A stretch of DNA of 64,000 nt from the NCBI RefSeq assembly GCF_006345805.1, contig NC_042998.1, forward strand, positions 20,026,001 through 20,090,000. Reading direction: 5' to 3'. Positions 52,750 through 64,000 of this stretch are shown piece after piece. The notes under the pieces are model-generated. The model was given only the letters and a program-made list of their open reading frames with translations. It had not been told where the DNA came from and did not search any database. Origin of the DNA: Octopus sinensis. Its lineage: Eukaryota. Every line of letters begins with the position of its first letter. Position 1 is the first letter of the stretch. A program made the translations under genes and the position numbers.

Positions 52750-52961
52750 TGTTCCTTTATTACACACAAGGGGCTAAACATAGAGGGTACAAACAAGGTC
52801 ACACAAAGCAATTAAGTCGAAACTGGTATTTAATTCATCGACCCCGAAAGGATGAAAGGCAAAGTCGACCTCGGCGGAATTTGAACTCAGAACGTAACGG
52901 CAGAGGAAATACGGCTACGCATTTCGCCCAGCGTGCTAACGTTTCTGCCAGCTCGCTGCCT
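52750..52961 (-). mobile_element. SINE-A monomer
   Basis: Perfect 19-bp TSD TCCTATTTGGGTGGGTATA at 52731-52749 and 52962-52980. Confidence 0.92.
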
Positions 52962-53387
52962 TCCTATTTGGGTGGGTATAGTAGACTATATCCTCTTATA
53001 ATGTGTGTCATCGAGGCGATGTCATAACATGTAGCAATAACTTGTATTTATCGGAGTATTTACTCCTCTTCTACTTTTCTCAGTAGCTGTAGCCATGTTT
53101 CTCCTTCTCAGCTAACGATTTTCAATACTTATGAACACGTTTACTGATACCATATATTTATCAAGGCCGCCATAATTGTGTTTACTGAGGCCCCTGTGTT
53201 TTTCTAAGCGATGGCTCATCTTTCGTTACCAATATGTTTATTGACTGCGGCAAATTGCACAAGCAGAAGCACTAGAACAGCGAACAAAACATCTAGGCAT
53301 TTTTATTTATGCTCTTTTACACTACATATGTAAAAGATTTTTCGGCACCATGAGCAAATTGCGAGGACATACTTTCTGTCTGTCTCG

Positions 53388-53640
53388 CTTTTACTCTCTT
53401 TTTCTTGTTTCAGTCATTTGACTGCGGCCATGCTGGGGCAGCGCTGTAATCGAGAAAATCGACCCCAGAACTTATTCTTTGTAAGCCTAGTACTTATTCT
53501 ATCGGTCTCTTTTGCCGAACCGATAAGTTACAGGGACATAAACACATCAGCATTGGTTTTCAAGCGATGTTGGGGGGACAAATACAGACACACAAATACA
53601 TACATACATATATATATATTTAAACGACGGGCTTCTTTTA
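53388..53640 (-). mobile_element. SINE-B 3' two-thirds
   Basis: Tail, body and internal microsatellite present; head missing. Confidence 0.85.
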
Positions 53641-53977
53641 TAATCCTTCTATCTTATTGTCATTTTCTTCTTCCTAAAGGCTATTCACTGGTTTATCTTA
53701 CGTTCTCAATTGTTCAACTGAAAAACTGAAGTATAATTGTTTTGCGAGCATTTCGGGTTACAGATAACCAACTTGCTACAAACAGCTGCCAAATTCTCCT
53801 TCTATTAACAACCGTAGGGACATATGGCTGTTATGTCTAATAGTGACTACATGACAGTTTTTAGCTAGTTGTAATTGTGTGTGTGCGTGTGTGAGTGTTC
53901 TTCATGTTCTTTATGTTTATCCCCAAATCGGCACTAATGGAGATCTATGAAAACCGTCATTCCAGCCATGAGTCAGT

Positions 53978-54045
53978 CTTAAATGCTTAAATCCTTAAAA
54001 ATCTTTTAGCCCGAAGGCCGCGGCCATGCTGGGGCACCACCGCCG
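53978..54045 (-). mobile_element. LINE-X terminal ~65 nt only
   Basis: Reverse complement GGTGGTGCCCCAGCATGGCCGCGGCCTTCGGGCTAAAAGATTTTTAAGGATTTAAG matches 33174-33233. Confidence 0.8.
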
Positions 54046-54545
54046 GATCATTTTTCTAAAGTATAAAGGCGAGGCTAGTTTTGTTATATTTTGCTTTGTT
54101 CTATGCTTTTTCTGTTTTCCTTTTAAAAACTAAGACTGTTATTTGAGAGACACTCGGCAGCTATTTCTAGTAAAGATTAGAGGCCACATAAAGCATTACT
54201 CGTGAGCAAGGATTTTAGTATCTGTAATCCGAACTACACACAAAACAACTTTACTTTACTTTTTTCAGTTGAACAGTTGTGAAAACAATGACTCGCCTTC
54301 CGGGAGCGGAAAATAAACAATCAGAAAGTTGACAGGTACTTTAGTTGCTTATAGTTTCTAGATTGATACCTCCCAAGTGAATATTGAATAATGAATAAAT
54401 TGTACTGAGTGGAGATAATTTATTCGTTTCAGTAAGTTTTTGAAAGTAGAATATAGAATTGAGTCAGAGTTGCTGCTTTCAAAGCTGCATGAAAATTTAT
54501 GTTCTATAAGTTATGCAGCATTCATGGTGATAATAATGGAGATAA

Positions 54546-54745
54546 AGGCGTTGAGCTGACAGAATCGTTAGCACGATAGACGAAATGCTTCGTGGTATTT
54601 CGTCCGCCGCTGCGTTCTGAGTTCAAATTCCGCCGAGATCGACTTTGCCTTTCATCCTTTCGGAGTCAAAAAATTAAGTACCAGTTACGCACTGGAGGTC
54701 GATGTAATTGACTTAATCCACGAATTTGACCGCTTGTGTATTTGA
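54546..54745 (+). mobile_element. SINE-A
   Basis: Head, B box and body recognisable. Confidence 0.82.
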
Positions 54746-55207
54746 AATTAGAAAGCAAAGGAACTGGGTATTTTGTGAACCGATCCTATGTCTTTGAAAC
54801 TCCACCGCACTAATCGTACGAAATACGGAAGCGAGACTGCACAATGCTTTTCACCATAAGTCTGCTCTATCCAGAAACAATTTAAATCATATATAACTCT
54901 TTAAGCTTTCTCCTTCAATATTCTTTTTACTCCTTATCTATATATTTCCTAAATTATATTTCTTCACCAAGCACCTTCCATCTCGTCATTTAAAGACGTT
55001 ATGTATATATGCGAAAAGAATGAAAGACCTAGGAATTTTCTCAATGTCATAATTGAATTCAGTGAATTGCATAAGTTTCATAAGGTTTCATGCAGCCCCT
55101 TATTTCATACCTATTTTGCACTTTCGAACACTTATTATTCTTCTATGAAAGCAATCTGCAATTCCTCTGTAACTAAATTGCAAAGCCAACAAACTGTAAT
55201 TTACTGT

Positions 55208-56430
<1,223 letters not shown>

Positions 56431-56680
56431 TCATGCATAAATTTGTATTCTGTGTGTAATATCGCGGCAATTTCCGAACTGAAAATGCTTCACTGCATTC
56501 TCTGAATAATATTAATGAATCCATCTCTGCTTCAAACAGACACGCTGAAGAAGCTGTGCGGGGGCGTACATGTACATCCTGGGTAAATGTATACTTCGTA
56601 TTAGACTATTTCGAAATCTGTACTGTATCGGTTATATTGCTGATATATATTGGTGAAATATATACCCATGTATATATATT

Positions 56681-56852
56681 TTTTCTCTCCTTGTTATTTC
56701 TCCTTGTTTCTTTCTGCGTTCCTTACTATTGAAGAGCGTAGGCTCGAAACGTTGAAGACTTTTTCAATTCCTTAGCGTTGTACTAATACATCTGTTTGTT
56801 TTCTGCACCGCCGGTCTTCGTCTTTTGTTTTGTTTTTTCGTGAATTCTCCCC
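56681..56852 (+). mobile_element. Hammerhead-like short repeat, degenerate copy
   Basis: CTATTGA-A-GAGC(GTAG)GCTC-GAAACGTT at 56726-56753, with the same flanking layout as the 14392 and 34865 copies. Confidence 0.5.
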
Positions 56853-57025
56853 ATATATGTTGAGCTTTTACAACGTTTCCTGCTACTAAATTCCATTCAC
56901 AACACATTTGTCAGTTTGAGACTATTGTACGACATATTTTGTGAATTCATCGAGAAGTAGAATCGAAACAACACCGGTTTTATGACGAATCAAATTTCTT
57001 AATTCCATTTAGCTACAACTATATC

Positions 57026-57260
57026 TTTTTTACTCTTTTACTTGTTTCAGTCATTTGGCTGCGGCCATGCTGGAGCACCGCCTTTAGTCGAGCAAATCGA
57101 TCCCAGGACTTATTCTTTGTAAGCCTAGTACTTATTCTATCCGCGTCTTTTGCCGAACCGCTAAATTACAGGGATGTAAACACACCAGCATCGGTTGTCA
57201 AGCGATGCTGGGGGGTATACACACAAACACACAAACATACATACACACATACACATATAC

Positions 57261-57346
<86 letters not shown>

Positions 57347-57511
57347 CGAATGGGCTTCTTTCAGTTTCTGTCTACCAAATCCACTCACAAGGCTTTGGTC
57401 AGCCCGGGGCTATAGTTGAGGACACTTGCCCAAGGTGCCACGCAGTGGGACAGAATCCAGAACCATGTGGTTGGTAAGCAAGCTACTTACCGCACAGCCA
57501 CTCCTTCGCCT
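57026..57511 (-). mobile_element. SINE-B, full length
   Basis: All modules present. Confidence 0.92.
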
Positions 57512-58604
57512 ATATATGTTTAACAAACGTATATACATCTTCGCTCACACAGGAGATTCCGGGTTTAAATAACAGAACTCTAAGCAGCTAACACAATAAA
57601 GCTGATCGACTAGTTTCTGTTGTTATAAAAACTGTCTCAGAATCCGCTCATATTATTTCACATAAATGTAAAGAGAATACAAGTGTAAAGATGGTGGTTC
57701 CTCCAGATAGTGACCTTGTACAAAATGTCATTGAATTTTTTAGTAAATCTCTCTTCGCTACCAGAATTATCATTATGCTAAGATCTTGAGCATTACGTGT
57801 GAGGTAGGAACAGGAAGAATCAAATTGAATTAGAGGAACGTAGTAAGTACGTGCATGAGACTGCAGTCGCTTTTTTATGGAAGTGATGGTACGCTGCCTA
57901 ATTAGATAGGTAACGCTCTACACTCACGGGGGAAACCGACAATAAGTACAGTTTTCATTTATAACAAAGAAATTAACAACTCAAGAGTTTTAACAAACGG
58001 CCTGTAATAAGGAATGGTTTCAAGTCATTTGTAAAGGGAAGAAACCAACAATAAGCATGTTTTTTCATGCTACTTTGTACTTGTATCATACCCATTGCGG
58101 TTTCCCCAAGAGCAACTTGGTTCGGATACTTTCTTATGAAATTTCGTTGTATGCCAAACACTTATAAGAACGATATTAACTGCGCAGGAGTTTTAGTAAA
58201 CAACCTGGAGAAACAGTTTCACACATAACTGACAATGTGATCAAAGAAGGAAGGGGTGGAAACATCTCTCGAAAGTGAGGAAGATACCTCATTTTATCCG
58301 GAATATCTCCATCAAAGTACAAATTTAAGGCGTATCGCAGTAGCTATGCGCCAACAAAATATATACAACATTAATTATTCATCGGAATCAATAATGACGA
58401 AGTGACATGTTGCCAAAAGCAGAAGTAAAATAAATTAAGGACGTACGTTCAGGATCAAAGTTTTAGAATTCAAACTCCACCTATGTGGGGACAATTTGAC
58501 GTGCTTTTAGAGGAAAATATGTATTTGTTTAGCATTTTCAATAAAATTCGAGAAAGTTGTATTATTAATTCACGTATGTCCCTATCTTCATATTTTTACG
58601 TAAA

Positions 58605-58999
58605 TCTTTACATATAAAAGTGAAGTTGTGTGTCTGTCTCCTACGATTTAGATTCCTAACTACTCCCACATTTTGCGGTGCAGTTTAACCAAAACCGGGT
58701 ATCTTATAGTCGTGATTCATATCGAGCCCTTCTGGGTATTAGCACGCGTCTACGATGAGTCTAAGATTTAAAAAAAAATTTACCATCATTTTTTTCCATT
58801 TTAATGCATTTTTCGCTATTATATAAGGGAAGTAACTCTCTAAAAATGTCTACGATGAGTCAACGATTTAAAAAAAAATTACCATCATTTTTTTTCCATT
58901 TTTAATGCATTTTTTTGCTATTTTTGGCTATAACTCTCCAAAAATGCTTATATAGTTATTTCCCTTACAAACCCGAGAAACGCCGGGCGATACTGCTAG
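58605..58999 (+). mobile_element. Non-autonomous Helitron with an internal ~100-bp tandem duplication
   Basis: A|TC start, CCCG-AGAAACGC-CGGG hairpin, CTAG|T end. GTCTACGATGAGTC..AATGCATTTTT occurs twice. Confidence 0.8.
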
Positions 59000-59792
59000 T
59001 ATAAAATATTTTATTATGCCTCTCATTGTAAAAGTGATCAGAGGAGAAAAGCAGCGAACACTGTTTTCAAAGAAAGCGGCGAACTGGTAGCCGCCTTGTT
59101 TCCAGGTGTTCCCAATTCAAATTTACCTTTATTCTGATAACAATTCAAGTAAATTCCTGAAAGAATATGCTACGTTCTTATTAAGCTCCTTGCTACTGAA
59201 CCATGCCAAGAAAAAAAAAAAAAAGAAAATTAGCTTCTTCACTCAACCCAATACGTTAGCATAAGCCTTTAAAATTAAACACAGAGCGTACGTTGAACGT
59301 ATCGTTTTGGACTTCTGCTCTCATGGTTTTCCTTATAGTAATTTGCTTTTTAGAATCACTCACTGTAAAAAATTACAATATTTCCTTCCTACGTTTTGCA
59401 TTTTATCGTAAAATTCTTGATGAAGCAATACCGTATCTTCTATAAAGTTTGTGTACTGAAGCAACGGAATGGAAGTTTCTCTATACTTCCAGATTTTTTT
59501 CTGCATCGCTGTTGTGTGTTTACATTCTAAATCACTGCTGATGTGTACCGTGTGTTTGGAAGTCAAAACTACGGATTAATGTAAGCAAACCCAAACTAAG
59601 CAAAGGAATTTTCGAAAATCACTGAAGCTGCAGAAGCCACAGATATATGAATATTCAGATGTGACCATAAAGTGAACTAGACTGGAGAGTAAGACCAAAT
59701 GCAGGAGCTCACTCCTAGTCATGTGCAGATTATTAAAAAAGTGTCAAGCGCTCAACCTCCGGAGAGACAGTGATAGATATAGATACATTCGT

Positions 59793-59836
<44 letters not shown>

Positions 59837-59843
<7 letters not shown>

Positions 59844-60026
59844 CACTTATTATTATATGTGTGGTAAGTGGCGTAGGAGTGGGTGTGTAGTAAGTAGCTT
59901 ACTTACCAACCACATGGTTCCGGGTTCAGTCCCACTACATAGCACCTTGAGCAAGTGTCTTCTACTATAGCCTTGGGCTGAATAAAGCCTTGTGAGTAGA
60001 TTTGGTAGACGTAAGGATATATATAC

Positions 60027-60060
<34 letters not shown>

Positions 60061-60242
60061 ATACATTTGTGTGTCCGCCCAACATCGCTTGACAACCGAT
60101 GTTGGTGTGATTATGTCCCCGTAACTTAGTGGTTCAGCAAAAGAGCTCGATAGAATAAGTCCTGGGGTCGATTTGTCGACTAAAGGTGGTGCTCCAGCAT
60201 GGCCACAGTCAAATGACTGAAACAAGTAAAAGAATAAAAGAG

Positions 60243-60313
<71 letters not shown>

Positions 60314-60329
60314 GTATATATGTATATAT

Positions 60330-60400
<71 letters not shown>

Positions 60401-60792
60401 CACTTATTATTATATGTGTGGTAAGTGGCGTAGGAGTGGTGTGTAGTAAGTAGCTTACTTACCAACCACATGGTTCCGGGTTCAGTCCCACTACATAGCA
60501 CCTTGAGCAAGTGTCTTCTACTATAGCCTTGGGCTGAATAAAGCCTTGTGAGTAGATTTGGTAGACGTAAGGATATATATACATATATATATGTGTGTGT
60601 GTGTGTGTGTATACATTTGTGTGTCCGCCCAACATCGCTTGACAACCGATGTTGGTGTGATTATGTCCCCGTAACTTAGTGGTTCAGCAAAAGAGCTCGA
60701 TAGAATAAGTCCTGGGGTCGATTTGTCGACTAAAGGTGGTGCTCCAGCATGGCCACAGTCAAATGACTGAAACAAGTAAAAGAATAAAAGAG

Positions 60793-60800
<8 letters not shown>
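59837..60800 (+). repeat. Tandem duplication (unit about 557 bp) of a SINE-B copy plus flanks (SINEs at 59870-60243 and 60427-60793)
   Basis: Shared private flank TACACTTATTATTATATGTGTGGTAAGT and shared private deletions; nearly identical outside the microsatellites. Confidence 0.92.
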
Positions 60801-60845
<45 letters not shown>

Positions 60846-60918
60846 TTACATATATATATATATGTATATATGTATATATATATATATTATATATATGTAT
60901 ATATATACATATATATAC

Positions 60919-60967
<49 letters not shown>

Positions 60968-61489
60968 ATATATATATTACATATATATATATATGTATAT
61001 ATATACATATATATATATACATACATATATATATATATTTACATATATATATATATATGTATATATATATACATATATATACTTATATATATACACATAC
61101 ATACACACACATATATATACATATATATATACACGCACACATACATATGAGACATGTAGAGGTGTGTGTGTGTGTGTGTGTGTGTGTTTGTTACTAAAAC
61201 TACTGATATATCACTTCCTAATCGTATACTTATCGATTTAAGCGCATATTTTTTCTTTACTTCTTTCCATAAAACCTGTCCACTCCTCATATCTATGGCT
61301 CTGACGAATAAGAGAACCGAAGAACGTTATTATTTACGTTTTTATACCTTTTATCTTCTTTCATAAAATACTTGCGTGGGGTTCTTTGTGCGTATTTTGA
61401 TTTTTGATTTCATCTTTCCCACTCTATTTCAGTGTGGCCAAACCCAGCATGTCTTAAATCCAGTTAAAAAACAAAAATCGAATATGAAA

Positions 61490-61907
61490 GGCGCAGGAGT
61501 GGCTGTGTGGTAAGTATCTTGTTAACCAGCCACATGGTTCCGGGTTCAGTCCCACTGCGTGGCATCTTGGGCAAGTGTCTTCTACTATAGCCCCGGGCCG
61601 ACCAATACCTTGTGAGTGGATTTGGTAGACGGAAACTGAAAGAAGCCTGTCGTATATATGTATATATATATGTATATGTGTGTATGTGTCTGTGTTTGTC
61701 CCCCCCAACATCGCGTGACAACCGATGCTGGTGTGTTTACGTCCCCGTCACTTAGCGGTTCGGCAAAAGAGACCGATAGAATAAGTACTGGGCTTAGAAA
61801 CGAATAAGTCCCGGGGTCGATTGGCTCGACTAAAGGCGGTGCTCCAGCATGGCCGCAGTCAAATGACTGAAACAAGTAAAAGAGTAAAAGAGTAAAGAGT
61901 AAAGAGT
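61490..61907 (+). mobile_element. SINE-B, full length
   Basis: All modules present, (GAGTAAA)n tail. Confidence 0.92.
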
Positions 61908-62422
61908 CTTTACAAACAAGATATCAAAATCAGGAGAAAAAATATGGAAGGAAACAGAAAAGAAGGATATGACGAGAGGAATGTGATTACATACAATAGT
62001 AAGTTTGTATTGTTGTTTACCTGAATTATGAGATAATTGTAATTATTTGTGTACCTGTGATCATGTACGTAGATTAATACGTTATTTAATCGAAAATGCT
62101 ATTATAATGTTTTTAGTGTCATTACGAATATGTTTAGATAAATAAAGATTAGTGTGAAATACAAGATTAATGTAAAAATATTTTTTTAAATGCGTAGGAA
62201 GAAAAAAGATATTGATTTAACCTGACGCTATAATGCGAGTGGAATCGCCAATAATATGTAATGTGTATATGTGTATATATGGGTGTATGAACATGAAATT
62301 GAATATGTATATGTAAGTAGGTCTCTAAAGAATATTGGGATGTTTATGTGTAAATGCATATACGCCGATTAATGTGTGTCTGTCTGTCCGTCTGTCTCTC
62401 TGTCTGTGTGTCTGTGTGTCTC

Positions 62423-62835
62423 TCTTTACTCTTTTACTCTTTTACTTGTTTCAGTCATTTGACTGCGACCATGCTGGAGCACCGCCTTTAATCGAGCAAC
62501 TCGACCCCGGCACTTATTCTTTGTAAGCCCAGTACTTATTCTATCGGTCTCTTTTTGCCGAACCGCTAAGTGACGGGGACATAAACACACCAGCATCGGT
62601 TGTCAAGCAATGCTAGGGGGACAAATACGGACACACAAACACACACACATACATATATATATACATATATACGACGGGCTTCTTTCAGTTTCCGTCTACC
62701 AAATCCACTCACAAGGCTTTGGTCGGCCCGAGGCTATAGTAGAAGACACTTGCCCAAGGTGCCATGCAGTGGGACTGAACCCGGAACCATGTGGTTGGTA
62801 AACAAGCTACTTACCACACAGCCACTCCTGCGCCT
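62423..62835 (-). mobile_element. SINE-B, full length; degraded partial copy at about 62875-63060
   Basis: All modules present. Confidence 0.92.
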
Positions 62836-63388
62836 ATATCTCTGTCTATCTCTGCTTACATTCTTTATTCTTGTACGTGTTACAGTCATTTGACTAAGGC
62901 CATGCTGGAGCATTGCCTTGTAGTGATTTACTCGAACGAAATATTCGAGGACCGATTTTTAAAGCCTATTACTTTTTTCTTTCGGTTTGTTACGAGGGCG
63001 TAAGCACACCATTACCGGTTCCCAAGCTGTGTAGGAGGGGGTCGGAAACAAACATAGACACAAGATCTCCCATACACAGACATATATACGTATATGTGTG
63101 CTTGTGTGCGTATGTGTCTGTGTGTGTACGCGCGTTTTAATTTAGTTGATTTAGGGTTGGATGGGATGACACTAGGAAGAGAGAGCTTCCTGGGGAGTCC
63201 ACTGTCAACACATAGGATATTGTTCTCATCATGTTTTAACACTAAGTTAAGTTATCTATTTTTATAGCTGCTGTTTAAAAGTGCTGCCTGAGAGAGGCTC
63301 TGTGACATTCGAAGGCTTTCTGCACTAATCCCATGACTTTGCGCTCTTTATCTCTTCTTAAGTAGAGCCTGTCGATATCATTATTTCT

Positions 63389-63621
63389 TATTTCTTTATT
63401 GCCCACAAGGGGCTAAACATAGAGGGGACAAACAAGGACAGACAAACAGATTAAGTCGATTACATCGACCCCAGTGTGTAACCGGTACTTATTTAATCGA
63501 CCTCGAAAGGATGAAAGGCAAAGTCGACCTCGGCGGAATTTGAACTCAGAACGTAGCGGCAGACGAAATACCGCTAAGCATCTCGCCCGGCGTGATAACG
63601 ATTCTGCTAGCTCGCCACCTG
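63389..63621 (-). mobile_element. SINE-A monomer
   Basis: TSD TCATTATTTCT at 63378-63388 and 63622-63632. Confidence 0.9.
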
Positions 63622-64000
63622 TCATTATTTCTGTGCAGATTTCCAGCTGATGTCAGTATCTTGCGGATTTTAACATCTATGGAGTGGATTTTTTCTACAG
63701 ACCAGTCAAGTATTCCAAATGCTGGAATCAGGACTGATACGGCAAATGCATTACGGAATTTTGCTTTGTAGTACGAGAAGAGTTTGGGTTACCATATTTT
63801 TCTCTGGTCTCTCTATTTTTATTCACAGTACTATCGAATTATACGTTCTCACCAGTGCTAAGATACTTGTAGCATCCTTTGTGTGAGACAGGAGAGATAG
63901 CGAAACCATTGATGCACAAATTTTGGATCTAGGGGACTGATTTTTCTTATTCAACAATCAAATATGAGCATTTCTTTTGACCAAATTCCATTTCTATGTC

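Overview
AT-rich, repeat-saturated animal DNA with no recognisable intact host gene. The SINE families and large (TA)n/(TAA)n fields resemble octopus repeats as I recall them; this assignment is inference. The window is a nested transposon landscape. It holds five R4/Dong-like LINE pieces in (TAA)n tracts (2-9 kb), several CR1-group LINEs (one with a stop-free ORF2 fragment of about 740 codons), RTE fragments, a full-length but dead mariner, two non-autonomous Helitrons, Penelope-like remnants, and dozens of tRNA-derived SINEs from at least four families. Family labels SINE-A to D and LINE-X to Z are my own. The most interesting signals are RNA structures: (1) a type I hammerhead ribozyme with an intact core at about 24575-24670 (-), plus a family of minimal hammerhead-like repeats; (2) a 3' hairpin with compensatory changes shared by SINE-B and CR1-like LINE tails; (3) a SINE with the same head but two alternative 3' modules; (4) two isolated candidate exons, one resembling a recursive-splice site; (5) a miRNA-sized hairpin and a perfect 179-bp palindrome. 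Most ORF-track entries are microsatellite artefacts. All family calls come from motif recognition by eye; no database search was run.
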